A DNA stretch of 64,000 nucleotides, from positions 32,001 through 96,000 of IMG/VR virus record IMGVR_UViG_643692013_000008. One strand, given 5' to 3'. Below, in pieces: positions 17,792 through 27,570 of the stretch. The notes beneath the pieces were generated by a model, which worked only from the letters and a program-made list of their open reading frames with translations, was not told the origin of the DNA and did no database searches. Position numbers and translations under genes: made by a program. Each line of letters opens with the position of its first letter. Position 1 is the first letter of the stretch. The stretch comes from a virus (Duplodnaviria > Caudoviricetes).

Positions 17792-18436
17792 ATGCCGGAA
17801 TTCCGTTTCACCAAGATCAAGATGAAGGTCACCAGCATCAACGTGCGCCAGGAGCTGCACGGCGAGGAGCACTGCCTCGCGATGGACATTCATCTGGAAT
17901 TCAACCAGTCGAACCGCGCGCTGGACAAGCTCGACGGGCGGCTGGTCGAGGCCTTCTACTGGAAGAGTCCGACGGGCAACACCGAGGCGCTCGAAGGCGT
18001 CGAGCGCGTCACCGATTTGCCGAACCTGCGCTTCGAGCACCTGGTCACGCCGCTTAAGTGGGCCGAGAAGTACGAGGAGGGTCTGTTCCGCGTCCACCAC
18101 GGAAACAAACCGTCCGACGACATCGTCATGCTGGAAGCGAAGATCAACGAGATCAAGTTCCACCCGAAGGAAGGCGGCACGACGCTCTTCAATGTGCGCG
18201 TCCAGTGCAACCCCGACGAGGCGCAAGTCGCGCGGATGTGCGCTCTCCTGCAGAGCGAGATCACCGGAACGATCGACAGCGACCCGGATGAGGACGACAC
18301 CGCGCCGCCGACCGACGCTGAGAAGCTTGAAAAGCCGGCCGCCGCGAAGACCGGTCGCAAGCCGCGCCGAGGCAAGCAGACGGACGCCTTTGCCGACGCC
18401 GCACAGCAGATCGCCGACGGCGCCAGCGCCGAGTAA
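17792..18436 (+). CDS. Hypothetical phage protein, homologous to 36481-37050
   Basis: Shared E.HG.E...A..I.L and L..LRF motifs; same position after the recombination genes. Confidence 0.75.
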   Translation: MPEFRFTKIKMKVTSINVRQELHGEEHCLAMDIHLEFNQSNRALDKLDGRLVEAFYWKSPTGNTEALEGVERVTDLPNLRFEHLVTPLKWAEKYEEGLFRVHHGNKPSDDIVMLEAKINEIKFHPKEGGTTLFNVRVQCNPDEAQVARMCALLQSEITGTIDSDPDEDDTAPPTDAEKLEKPAAAKTGRKPRRGKQTDAFADAAQQIADGASAE

Positions 18437-18529
18437 CCGAACGGGCGAAGCCGCCGGCCGACCGGAATTGGCGCCAGGCGCGGTTCTCCGACAGAGCCGG
18501 CGGCAGAGCCCCCTATCCCCTTCAGGAGC

Positions 18530-19201
18530 ATGACCATGAGGGACGAAATCGTGAAGTACTTGGGCACGGTGATGGACTCCACGGCCAAGACGATCGCCGC
18601 GCGGATCGCGCAACCCCACTTCGACGTCGCGAAGGAACTGAACAAGATGCACGCCGACGGCGTCGTCGAGCGGCAGAAGCGAACCGGCGGCGGCAACGAA
18701 TACCTGTATTGGCTCGCCGGCACCCCGCGCGCTACCGGCCCGTCGCCGGCCGAACTCGCCGCGAAGAACTCTGTCCCGTTCCCGCCTGCCGCGCCTGCCG
18801 CCGCAATTCCGATCGCCGGCGAGCAACCGCCGGCCGATCCCGTCGTCGTTCAGGAGCTGCTCGCCGAGCTCGAGGCGGAGCGCAGCACCAGCGCGCGGCT
18901 GCGGCAAGAAGCCGAGACCGCCCTCACCAGCCTCCAAGCCGCGATCGCGACCGTCGAGCGCCTCAAGCAGAACAACGCCCAGCTCGAGCGAAAGATCGAC
19001 GATCTGACGCTCGGGCCTCCCGGTTCTAAGGGCCCGGTGTTCTTTACCGTCGGCCGCAACTGCGACAGCAAGCGCCACACCTCGATCGAGAAGGCCCGCA
19101 AGCGCGCGAACGCCCTGGTGCGAAGCGAGCGCGAGACCGAGGTCCACGTCTGCGCTCCGGTGGGCCGCGTCGTCCGTGGCGTCGAATGGGTGGGCAAATG
19201 A
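18530..19201 (+). CDS. wHTH plus coiled-coil protein
   Basis: AGGAG RBS; N-terminal winged-helix-like segment. Confidence 0.65.
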   Translation: MTMRDEIVKYLGTVMDSTAKTIAARIAQPHFDVAKELNKMHADGVVERQKRTGGGNEYLYWLAGTPRATGPSPAELAAKNSVPFPPAAPAAAIPIAGEQPPADPVVVQELLAELEAERSTSARLRQEAETALTSLQAAIATVERLKQNNAQLERKIDDLTLGPPGSKGPVFFTVGRNCDSKRHTSIEKARKRANALVRSERETEVHVCAPVGRVVRGVEWVGK

Positions 19202-19665
19202 CCCAGCTCGCCGAAGCCTTCGACCGGGCCACGGGCGACAAGACCCCGTGGAACCCCTCGCGGCGCGCCGTCCGCCGCGTTCTCAACCCGCTGCCGGCGC
19301 CCACCGTCTGCCGCTTCTGCGGCGGCTCCGTGCACATCGTCCGGAACAGCGAAATCTATGGCCGCGAATACGGGGAATGGCCGTGGGCCTTCCTGTGCCG
19401 TAAATGCGGGGCCTATGTCGGCATGCATCCGCAAACCGGCATCCCGCTCGGCACGCTCGCCGACGGTCCGACGCGTGCGGCGCGCAAGCGCGCGAAGGCA
19501 GCGTTTCAGCCCCTCTGGCAAACGCGCGTCATGACCAGATCCGCTGCGTACTCGTGGCTCGCAGGGCGTCTCGGGATAGCCGTCGGCGAGTGCCACGTCG
19601 GCTGGTTCGATGTCGCCATGTGCGACCGCGTCGTCGAGATCATCAACGAGGGACGCCCGCAATGA
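19198..19665 (+). CDS. DUF3268-like zinc-finger protein
   Basis: CRFCGG, C..C.AYVGMH..T..PLGTLAD, AY.WLA..LGI...ECHVG.FD. Confidence 0.85.
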   Translation: MTQLAEAFDRATGDKTPWNPSRRAVRRVLNPLPAPTVCRFCGGSVHIVRNSEIYGREYGEWPWAFLCRKCGAYVGMHPQTGIPLGTLADGPTRAARKRAKAAFQPLWQTRVMTRSAAYSWLAGRLGIAVGECHVGWFDVAMCDRVVEIINEGRPQ

Positions 19666-19856
19666 CCGCGACCCAAGAACCCGTGTGGCGCGCCCTGCTG
19701 CGCCTTGAGCACGCCGACCTGGCCGACGCCGATCGCAACCTGCTCCGTCCCGCGTTCGCGGTGATGCACGTCAGCCACGCGATGCAACTCCCCGAGCGCG
19801 TGGTGGCCCGCATCCGGCACCTCGACGCCACGTTACCGAAGTCCAAGGAGGCTTGA
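19662..19856 (+). CDS. Hypothetical phage protein
   Basis: ATGA-coupled ORF. Confidence 0.55.
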   Translation: MTATQEPVWRALLRLEHADLADADRNLLRPAFAVMHVSHAMQLPERVVARIRHLDATLPKSKEA

Positions 19857-20269
19857 CCATGCTGCTCAACAAGATCGAAGGCGCGGACGCTGCCTATCGC
19901 GGCCACATCGAGAAAACGTACTGGGGTGGTCCTGTCGGAACCGAGCCGGACCCGACTCGGCATTACGGCTGCGACATGCTCCCGAGCGGTTGGGTCGAGA
20001 TCACCTGGGAGGAATTCGCGAAGTCGAAGTTCTTCATGTACACGCCGAAGGCCGTGGGCTGGATCCGCACGACGATCGGTGACGCCAAGCTGTTCTTCAT
20101 GCACGACCAGAACGGCTACGCCCTGATCAACGACTACTGGGCCGGCACGGTGAAGGTGTTCCGGTTCGGTTGCGAGCACCAGATGAAGTCCGAGACCGTC
20201 GGCAACTGCCTGCACCGTTACACGTGCCAGGCCTGCGGCTTCTCCGAAGTCGTGGATTCGTCCGACTGA
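19853..20269 (+). CDS. Hypothetical protein with C-terminal zinc ribbon
   Basis: CEH...GNCLHRYTCQACG...VDSSD. Confidence 0.7.
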   Translation: MTMLLNKIEGADAAYRGHIEKTYWGGPVGTEPDPTRHYGCDMLPSGWVEITWEEFAKSKFFMYTPKAVGWIRTTIGDAKLFFMHDQNGYALINDYWAGTVKVFRFGCEHQMKSETVGNCLHRYTCQACGFSEVVDSSD

Positions 20270-20284
20270 CCGCCGAGGGCCGAC

Positions 20285-22195
20285 ATGCATAGGGTCTACA
20301 ACAACTTCAGTTTCTGCGCCGGCCTCGGCGGCGGCGCCAAGGGCTTCACGAAGGCGATGTCGCGCGTCGGCGCGATGACGGCCTCGTGGCGTTGCATCGG
20401 CGGTATCGACAACGATCCCGCCGCGGCTCGCGATTTCCGGCGCTTGGTCGGTACCGACTGCACCGTGATGGACCTGTTCACGCGCGAGCAGTACACGGCG
20501 TTCCACGGCGCGCCGCCGCCGGCCGGCTGGAAGGAAGCGACGGCCGCCGACGTGCGCGCCGCTGCCGGCCACGAGCATCCGCACTGCGTGTTCATCTCGT
20601 CGCCGTGTAAGGGTGCCTCCGGGCTACTGTCGGAGACGCTCAGTCGAACGCCGAAGTACCAGGCGCTCAACGAGCTGACGCTGCGCTGCGTGTGGCTCAT
20701 GTGCGAAGCCTGGAAAGACGATCCGGTCGAGCTGATCGTGTTCGAGAACGTGCCGCGGCTCGCGACGCGCGCCGGCCACCTGCTCAGCCAGATCGACCAA
20801 CTGTTTCAGCACTACGGGTATGTCACTGCCGACACGACGCACGACTGCGGCAAGATCGCGAAGCGCGGCATGGCACAAAGCCGGAAACGCTATCTGAAAG
20901 TCGCGCGGCACGTCGCGAAGGTGCCAGCGTTCTTGTACGAGCCGGAGCAGAATCGCCTGCAGGGAGTCGGCACGCTGCTCGGCCGCATGCCGCTGCCCGG
21001 TGATCCGGCGGCCGGCCCCATGCACCGCATCCCGTCGTTGCAGTGGAAGACCTGGGTGCGCTTGGCCTTCGTCGAGGCCGGCAGCGACTGGCGCAGCCTC
21101 AATAAGCTCGCCGTCGAGAACGGCCAGCTGCGCGACTACCTGATTGTGCCGGAGCGTCGCGGTGGCCACCTCGGGGTGGTCGACTGGAGCGAGCCGGCAG
21201 GCACCGTCGCCGGCGAGTCGCTGCCGACGAACGGCTCCTTCAGCGTCGCCGATCCGAGGTTCACCCAGAGCGCGAAGTGGAACGACGGACACGCATACGG
21301 CGTGCTCCCCTGGGACGATCACAGCGGCACGATCGCCGGCCAGCAGACCCCGGGCCAAGGCTATTACAGCGTCGCTGATCCGCGCCACGCTGGCCCGGCG
21401 AAGCACAACAACGAATTCCGCATCATCCCGTGGTCCGATGCCGCTGGCGCGGTCACCAGCGCGCACGGTACCGGCCAGTGCGTGCAGGATCCCCGCGCCG
21501 CCAGCGAGTACCACGCGAACGCGTATCGCGTCACCCCGTGGGATTCCCACTCGGGCACCGTGACGGGCGATTTCAAAGCGTCTGGTGGTGGCGGTGTCGC
21601 CGATCCACGCCCAGCGCCCGGGCCGCTGTTCAGCAAATACGCGGTGACGCACTTCGACGAGCCGGCCGGCACAGTGATCGCGCGCAGCGACAGCGGCCAG
21701 GGCGCTTTCGCTGTCGCCGACCCGCGCCCGGGCATGCGCCGCGAACGCGGCGATGCCTACCTGACCGGCGGACATTACGGCGTGGTCGGTTGGAGCGAGC
21801 CCAGCGGCGCCGTTTCGGCCGCCGCCGGCCACGACAACGGCCGATGGTCCGTTGCCGATCCGAGATTGCCGGCGCAGAACGAGAAGATCGTCGCCATCAT
21901 CCGCGCGCTCGACGGCACCTGGCATCGCCCGTTCACGACTCTGGATCTCGCCGTCCTGCAGTCGCTCGTCGAGCCGGAGGAATACCTGCAGCTCGACGGC
22001 CTGTCCGACCAAGCCTGGCGCGAACGCATCGGCAACGCGGTGCCGCCGGATGCCGCCGAGGCAATCGGCGAGGTCATGGGCACAACGCTGCTGCTCGCCG
22101 AATCCGGCGAGACCTTTCGCCTGTCATCGACGCCGATCTGGGTCCGCGACATCGCGATCGCTCTGTCCGTCACGCCCCTCCCCGCCAACGTCTAG
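20285..22195 (+). CDS. C5-cytosine DNA methyltransferase with six tandem TRD-like repeats
   Basis: FCAGLGG, SSPCKG, ENV, QSRKR, RPFT..LAVLQ, IGNAVPP; repeats ending VADPR. Confidence 0.9.
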   Translation: MHRVYNNFSFCAGLGGGAKGFTKAMSRVGAMTASWRCIGGIDNDPAAARDFRRLVGTDCTVMDLFTREQYTAFHGAPPPAGWKEATAADVRAAAGHEHPHCVFISSPCKGASGLLSETLSRTPKYQALNELTLRCVWLMCEAWKDDPVELIVFENVPRLATRAGHLLSQIDQLFQHYGYVTADTTHDCGKIAKRGMAQSRKRYLKVARHVAKVPAFLYEPEQNRLQGVGTLLGRMPLPGDPAAGPMHRIPSLQWKTWVRLAFVEAGSDWRSLNKLAVENGQLRDYLIVPERRGGHLGVVDWSEPAGTVAGESLPTNGSFSVADPRFTQSAKWNDGHAYGVLPWDDHSGTIAGQQTPGQGYYSVADPRHAGPAKHNNEFRIIPWSDAAGAVTSAHGTGQCVQDPRAASEYHANAYRVTPWDSHSGTVTGDFKASGGGGVADPRPAPGPLFSKYAVTHFDEPAGTVIARSDSGQGAFAVADPRPGMRRERGDAYLTGGHYGVVGWSEPSGAVSAAAGHDNGRWSVADPRLPAQNEKIVAIIRALDGTWHRPFTTLDLAVLQSLVEPEEYLQLDGLSDQAWRERIGNAVPPDAAEAIGEVMGTTLLLAESGETFRLSSTPIWVRDIAIALSVTPLPANV

Positions 22196-22208
22196 CCAGG
22201 AGCCAACC

Positions 22209-22688
22209 ATGAGACGCGTTCTCTACGCCATCAGCAGCCGACTGCCCTGCCGGATCATCGCCGACGGCAATAAACCGTACCTCGAAAGGTACTACCTGGC
22301 GACGGTGTTCGGCGTGCGCTTCTACCTGCACCGGTTCGTCGCCAGCGACCCGGATCGAGGCCTGCACGACCATCCGTGGCCCTGGGCCTTCTCCGTGATC
22401 CTGGCCGGCTGGTATTGGGAGGTCACACGCGGAAATTGCGCGCGCGTGCGCTGGTTCAACTTCCTGATCGGCGACAGCTTCCACCGCGTCGTGCTGCCGC
22501 TCGACCGCGGCGTAGACAACGTCTGGACGCTGTTCGCTCACCGCGCCAAGCGCTCGAAGCCCTGGGGCTTCCTCCGTGACAAAGGGCAGATCGGCACGAT
22601 CTACGTCGAGCACCGACGGTCGCCCGAAGACGCGTGGTGGAAGTCGGCACCGCGCGGGCGCCACGAGCCGCGCCGCATGCCCCGCTGA
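22209..22688 (+). CDS. Cupin-like phage protein
   Basis: YLHRF..SD.DR.LHDHPW...S.IL.G.Y.E...FHRV. Confidence 0.75.
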   Translation: MRRVLYAISSRLPCRIIADGNKPYLERYYLATVFGVRFYLHRFVASDPDRGLHDHPWPWAFSVILAGWYWEVTRGNCARVRWFNFLIGDSFHRVVLPLDRGVDNVWTLFAHRAKRSKPWGFLRDKGQIGTIYVEHRRSPEDAWWKSAPRGRHEPRRMPR

Positions 22689-22699
22689 ACTACTGAACA

Positions 22700-22769
22700 G
22701 AGCCTCCCGCGTAGGTTTCCTCGACCGCGCGGTTACGTGAGGCGGCCAGCAACGGCGCCTCATCTTTTT
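22700..22769 (+). ncRNA. Conserved two-hairpin RNA element / terminator (copy 2, divergent)
   Basis: Hairpin with CCTCG loop, then GAGGCGGCC..GGCGCCTC and TTTTT. Confidence 0.45.
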
Positions 22770-22789
22770 CGGATACCTGAGACACCATC

Positions 22790-24388
22790 ATGACCGATCC
22801 CAACACCACCACGCCCGCGACTCTCCGAGCCGATGCGCTCGATCTGCTTCGCGAGATCGCCGCGCGCAAGCGATACGACCCGAACGTCCCGGCGCCTTGG
22901 GGCAACAACTCCGGTTGGAATACGATCATCTTGAAGAGCGAACTGCTCGCCCGTGTCGATGCGCTGCTCGACGCGACTGCTGCCGCCCCAGCCGTCGAGC
23001 CGATCCGGCTCGTCCACGTCGCCTTGGCCGAGGATGGTGGGAATCTTCGCTGGATGACGGGACGCAAGCCGCGGGACTGCGAGCTGTACATGATGCCTGA
23101 CGGCGGCCGGGCGCCGGCTGTCGTGTACGCCACTCGCTCCGCCCCGGTCGCCGAGGCCGAGCCGATCGATAAGCTTGAGCCGGCATTGATCCTCACCGGA
23201 GCGCAGTTGCTCGAAGCGCTGGATCTCGTCGCGCCGGATCGCACGGCTGACCAGTTCGAAAGCGAGGTGTCGTTCCAATACGGGAATGGCCATTCCGGCA
23301 AGGGCATGTACTGCTGGATCACCGACTATCCCGACGAAGGCGCGTCGCTGCTCGACGGCTCGACCGTCGCCGCTCAGGCTGTCGCCGCTGATGGGGATGC
23401 GTTGAAAGAAGCCGTGACGCGCACGATCGATACGATCAGACGGCAGCTTGAATTGATTTTTGAACGCGCCCCGGGAAACTTCCTCGACAAGGTGCCAGTC
23501 GTGCAGTCGTTGACCGCACACAAACATCGCTTGGAGAAGGCCCTCGCGATCACCGTGCCGCGCGCAGCAGTATCGCCGGCCACGGCTGAGACCTCCACGG
23601 GGATGCCCGACGAGGTGCGCGAGTCGCTGATGGACAGCCAATACCTCGCGGGCGTCAAAGCGGGCTGGAATGCTGCGAACGCAGCCGATCCGAATGCGGC
23701 GCTGGAGAAGATTCACGCCAGCCGCGCCGGCTACTTGCGGCCCCTGCGTGATTGGCAGAAAGCCGGACGCCCCGGCGTTCCCGCGACGCCGGCCACGGCC
23801 GACGAGCGGGCGGCGCTGCTCCAATGGGCCACGGAGCGATGGGATGCGGAAGTGAAGCACCGGCCGCTCATCAACGTCCATCGCCGCTCCCTTGACGATA
23901 CGTGGCGTCAGGTCATCCGGCATTGCGGCGGCGATGACGTGTCGCTGCTCGGGCCGCGACACGATGCCCTGCTCGCGGCAAATCCGATCAATACGACCGA
24001 GCGCGATCCCGCGTTCATCGATAACGACCTCGATTTCGAGCCGGATGCGCAGCACGCCGTCGCGGACATGGCGAACATCGGCTACGCGCTGATGCAGACG
24101 ATCGAGCGCATGGTGCCGGGCTACTGCTGGAACGAATCGCCGACCGAAATCGTGAGCGACCTCCTCAACGAACGCGACGAGGCCCGCGCATCGCAGGCCC
24201 CCGCACCGGCCGATACGCGCGACGTAGCGGCGTTCATCCGTGAAGTAGCTACGCAGAAGCCGGAGAAGCCAGATCACTGGAGCCCGTGTGGTCAGTGCCA
24301 GCGCAATGCAGAGCGCGCTCAGGATTTGCTCGATGCCGCCTGCGCACAGAGTATCGACCTGCCGGACAGCGAAGGGGGTGAAGCGTGA
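22790..24388 (+). CDS. Mosaic cassette protein A (Ea/Ead-like region)
   Basis: 532 aa; shares ordered linkers with 32822-34732. Confidence 0.8.
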   Translation: MTDPNTTTPATLRADALDLLREIAARKRYDPNVPAPWGNNSGWNTIILKSELLARVDALLDATAAAPAVEPIRLVHVALAEDGGNLRWMTGRKPRDCELYMMPDGGRAPAVVYATRSAPVAEAEPIDKLEPALILTGAQLLEALDLVAPDRTADQFESEVSFQYGNGHSGKGMYCWITDYPDEGASLLDGSTVAAQAVAADGDALKEAVTRTIDTIRRQLELIFERAPGNFLDKVPVVQSLTAHKHRLEKALAITVPRAAVSPATAETSTGMPDEVRESLMDSQYLAGVKAGWNAANAADPNAALEKIHASRAGYLRPLRDWQKAGRPGVPATPATADERAALLQWATERWDAEVKHRPLINVHRRSLDDTWRQVIRHCGGDDVSLLGPRHDALLAANPINTTERDPAFIDNDLDFEPDAQHAVADMANIGYALMQTIERMVPGYCWNESPTEIVSDLLNERDEARASQAPAPADTRDVAAFIREVATQKPEKPDHWSPCGQCQRNAERAQDLLDAACAQSIDLPDSEGGEA

Positions 24389-24654
24389 TCCCTCCGATGA
24401 CCGATCCGCTGGGGCGGCACTGGCGGCATCCGTCGCCCCAAGAAATCCTCGTTGACGACGAGCACGCCGTTATGTCGCGCTTGACCTACGACGAGCTGCT
24501 CGAGTACTCCACCACCATCCCCGCCGGGGTCTATCCGGGAAAGATGTGGAAGGCCGTCTACGGCGACCGCGCCTTTCTCCGCTGGTTCGGCATCGTCGAC
24601 GGCCGGACCGACGTGTGCTCGAACAACCAGCGCTTGATCCTGCTCTGCGACTAG
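24385..24654 (+). CDS. Hypothetical phage protein
   Basis: PPMTDPLG.HW..P...L.EYS.T.P.GVYPGKMWK. Confidence 0.7.
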   Translation: MIPPMTDPLGRHWRHPSPQEILVDDEHAVMSRLTYDELLEYSTTIPAGVYPGKMWKAVYGDRAFLRWFGIVDGRTDVCSNNQRLILLCD

Positions 24655-24663
24655 GAGGACCTC

Positions 24664-25056
24664 ATGAACGACCAACTCATCGAGGCGCGCAAGTTGATCG
24701 CACACGCCAGCGAGTACGCGATCTCGGCTTTGGGAAACGACTGGCACGAGCGCGCGACCGCCCTGCTCGCCCGGCCTGCGCCCGCTATCTCGGAAAGTCC
24801 CGAGGCGCACGACGAGGCAACACCAGCCTGGATGACGTGCGAATCGCGGCGCCCGTTCGTAGTCAACAGCCTGCGCTCACGTGCTGAAGACCTGCGCGCC
24901 GCCGAGAAACGCTGCCGGAACGCTTATCGCAAGGACTTCATGGGCTCCCCGGCGTGCTATCTCGCAGATGCCTACGGCGAAGCGGCCACGGCGCTGGAGG
25001 CGCGGCTCGCCGCGATCGACTCTGTCCTCGGAGGAGGTAGCCGTGCGGACCGCTGA
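24664..25056 (+). CDS. Hypothetical protein with PAPAISES linker
   Basis: GGAGG RBS; linker shared with 31810-32502. Confidence 0.7.
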   Translation: MNDQLIEARKLIAHASEYAISALGNDWHERATALLARPAPAISESPEAHDEATPAWMTCESRRPFVVNSLRSRAEDLRAAEKRCRNAYRKDFMGSPACYLADAYGEAATALEARLAAIDSVLGGGSRADR

Positions 25057-25153
25057 AGTAAATGCCGCGCTACGCGCTTCCGCTCACCCGAATGGGTGCT
25101 CCCATTCGAAGTGGCCGACGCCACCGGCGCGCGACCCGGATGCTGGTCCGACG
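25043..25153 (+). pseudogene. Frameshifted, truncated 5' remnant of a phage PD-(D/E)XK-like gene
   Basis: MRTAEVNAALR then, in the shifted frame, RFRSPEWVLPFEVADATGAR..WSD; strong GGAGG RBS; cut by an antisense gene. Confidence 0.5.
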
Positions 25154-25381
25154 TTAAAAAAGGCCTTCGTCCTGCTTCTTCTGCTCTGGCACCAAGTTGA
25201 TCGTAATCGCTGCGTCAGTCGCGTACTTCCCGACAAGCGTTTCAACTGCCGAGGTCGGCTGAATAGCCAACTGCGTTATCGCCGCCTGGTATTTGTGCCC
25301 TGTCAAATCGCTTATCGCCTTCGCCAGCGCTTGTTCAAGGTCTTCAATCGAAACCGACTTCAATGGATTCACATTGGACAT
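25154..25381 (-). CDS. Small antisense moron protein
   Basis: GGAG RBS, lower GC, opposite to the operon. Confidence 0.65.
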   Translation of the reverse strand: MSNVNPLKSVSIEDLEQALAKAISDLTGHKYQAAITQLAIQPTSAVETLVGKYATDAAITINLVPEQKKQDEGLF

Positions 25382-25416
25382 GAACTGCTCCTCCAGAAAT
25401 TTCGGGACATCCTAAC

Positions 25417-26361
25417 ATGAGCGAGAACAGCAAAATCGAGTGGTGCGACCACACATTCAACCCGTGGATCGGTTGCACGAAGATTTCACCCGGCTGCGAT
25501 AACTGCTACGCCGAGGCGATGATGGACAAGAGAATGCACAAGGTGAAGTGGGGAGCGTCAGCACTGCGCGCCCGCACGACCCCCGAGAACTGGCGGCTGC
25601 CGGTGCGGTGGAACGCGCGACACGACGAGTTCATGGCCGCTCACGGGCGCCGGCAGCGCGTCTTCTGCTCATCGCTTGCCGATGTATTCGATAACCGCGT
25701 GCCGTCCTCCTGGCGTCGCGACCTTTTCGCGCTGATCAAGGCCACCCCGAATCTCGACTGGCTCCTTCTGACGAAGAGAACCGGCAACGCGCGCGAAATG
25801 CTCATCGGCAGCCCGCTATCGCCCATCCCGGACAACGTCTGGCTCGGCGCGACGATCGTCAACCAGGAGGAAGCTGACCGCGATATCCCGAAGCTCCTCG
25901 CGGTGCCAGCGCGCGTGCGCTTCCTGTCGATCGAGCCGATGCTCGGGCCGATCGATCTCAACCAGGCGCTCCCGCCGTTTCATTGTGACACCTGCGACGC
26001 CGACTATGGCGCGCTGTCGGCCCACGCATCTGGAACGCCGATTGGCATCGACTGGGTGATCGCTGGCGGCGAAAGCGGCCACCGCGCGCGGCCCGCCCAT
26101 CCCGACTGGTTCCGGTCGCTGCGCGACCAATGCGCCGAGGCGCACGTGGCGTTCTTCTTCAAGCAGTGGGGGCAATGGGCGCCAGGTTCGAACTGGCCTG
26201 AGGACGTCCCGATCCCAAGCGGCGAGCGAGCTTACCTTGACGGGCAGGAGACGGACGACAACGAATCGGTTTGGAGCGTCGGCAAGCGCGCTGCCGGCCG
26301 GCTGCTCGACGGCCGCACGCATGACGAATTCCCCGTGATCGAGGATACGAAATGCGCTTAG
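25417..26361 (+). CDS. DUF5131 / Gp37-Gp68 family protein (radical-SAM-like)
   Basis: SKIEWCDHTFNPWIGCTKISPGCDNCYA, LLLTKR, FLSIEPMLG, WVIAGGESG, FFKQWG. Confidence 0.9.
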   Translation: MSENSKIEWCDHTFNPWIGCTKISPGCDNCYAEAMMDKRMHKVKWGASALRARTTPENWRLPVRWNARHDEFMAAHGRRQRVFCSSLADVFDNRVPSSWRRDLFALIKATPNLDWLLLTKRTGNAREMLIGSPLSPIPDNVWLGATIVNQEEADRDIPKLLAVPARVRFLSIEPMLGPIDLNQALPPFHCDTCDADYGALSAHASGTPIGIDWVIAGGESGHRARPAHPDWFRSLRDQCAEAHVAFFFKQWGQWAPGSNWPEDVPIPSGERAYLDGQETDDNESVWSVGKRAAGRLLDGRTHDEFPVIEDTKCA

Positions 26362-26933
26362 CTATTTGCGACCACCGCCGCCTCGATTTCCAGAGTTTCG
26401 CTGGCCCCAACCAATTCCCTGGCCAGCTCTTTCAGCTTATCGCCCCAGCCAACGTGAAATTCCGCACTGGGCATCGGGACAATTCCCGCGCATCCCGCGA
26501 TGGCTGTCTGGACCCTCAGCAACGCGCCCACGGTATTAGGGGTAGGCGCCTGTTCTGGCCTAATCAGGCTCACGATATTCATCGCGGCTCGCACGGCATT
26601 TACTTGGTCGGGATGCGGCCACTTCAAGCCATTGGTGGCAGGAAGCCGCTGAATCTGTTCATCCAACGTGAGCACGACGTCTCTGCACTGCGACACGAGG
26701 ACCGCCACGCATTGGACTCGCTCATGCAGTTCATCACGACGCAGCTTCCTGTCGCGATCCGCCTGTTGGGACGCGATCTTAGTCGCCGCGACGATGGCGC
26801 CGATCGAGCCCACCGCCTGAACCCATGCCGCCCAGTCCGAACTTTGCGCAGGTGGCCAGCGCAACACTGCCGTGACGAGTATCCCTGCTGCAAACGCCCC
26901 TATGAACATTGCCAGACCGGAGTAGCGACCCAT
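26358..26933 (-). CDS. Antisense moron membrane protein
   Basis: Two N-terminal TM segments, WAAWVQAVGSIGAI motif, GGGAG RBS. Confidence 0.7.
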   Translation of the reverse strand: MGRYSGLAMFIGAFAAGILVTAVLRWPPAQSSDWAAWVQAVGSIGAIVAATKIASQQADRDRKLRRDELHERVQCVAVLVSQCRDVVLTLDEQIQRLPATNGLKWPHPDQVNAVRAAMNIVSLIRPEQAPTPNTVGALLRVQTAIAGCAGIVPMPSAEFHVGWGDKLKELARELVGASETLEIEAAVVANS

Positions 26934-27570
26934 GCGTGAACTCCCGATATTGTTTTCTGCGCCGATGGTACGGGCGATATCGCAGGGTCGCAAGTCGCAG
27001 ACGCGCCGCCCGATGACCCCGCAACCGTATGACGACTACCGCCGGCTCGCCTGGATGTTCGCGAAGAACCGCGGAAGCTGGGGACCGCCCGGTGGTGCTC
27101 CCGATCCGGCATGGCTGGCTCGCTGCCCCTACGGCGGACCGGACGACCAGCTCTGGGTCCGCGAGACGTTCGTGGCATTCGGCCGCTGGGAGACGCGCTT
27201 CAGCGTGAAGAAAGGCCGGGACCAATGGCACTTCGTCGACATGACGCTCGACACCGGCCGGCAGTACCGCTACGGCGGCGACTTGCCGAACGCGCAGCGT
27301 GCGGGCGCGACGCCGACCTGGTGGCGCCGGCCGGCGATCTTCATGCCACGCGCCGCCTCGCGCACGCAGCTCGAGGTGGTCCGCACCAGGATCGAACGCG
27401 TGCAGCAGATCAGCGAGGCCGATGCGATCGCGGAAGGAATGAGCACCGGCGACATCAATCCGGTGGGCTCATACGCCGAACTCTGGGATGGCCTCAACGC
27501 GGAGCGCGGCCTAGGTTGGAAGGCGAACCCGTGGGTGTGGGTGGTGGAATTTCGGAGGATGGAAGGATGA
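26932..27570 (+). CDS. ASCH/PUA-like phage protein, homologous to 31106-31813
   Basis: PILFSAPMVRAI..GRK.QTRR, LWVRE, MPR.ASR, NPWVWVVEF. Confidence 0.85.
   Translation: MRELPILFSAPMVRAISQGRKSQTRRPMTPQPYDDYRRLAWMFAKNRGSWGPPGGAPDPAWLARCPYGGPDDQLWVRETFVAFGRWETRFSVKKGRDQWHFVDMTLDTGRQYRYGGDLPNAQRAGATPTWWRRPAIFMPRAASRTQLEVVRTRIERVQQISEADAIAEGMSTGDINPVGSYAELWDGLNAERGLGWKANPWVWVVEFRRMEG

Noticed and set aside
16076-19147. 1023-aa minus-strand ORF, and similar long shadow ORFs (15133-17079, 27917-29119, 37041-38618, 45166-46893, 59828-61216)
   Set aside because: Antisense to well-supported genes; expected from stop-poor high-GC codon usage; no recognisable motifs
21160-21865. CRISPR-like or DGR repeat array
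   Set aside because: The repeats are degenerate, in-frame protein repeats within the methyltransferase; no cas or RT genes were seen
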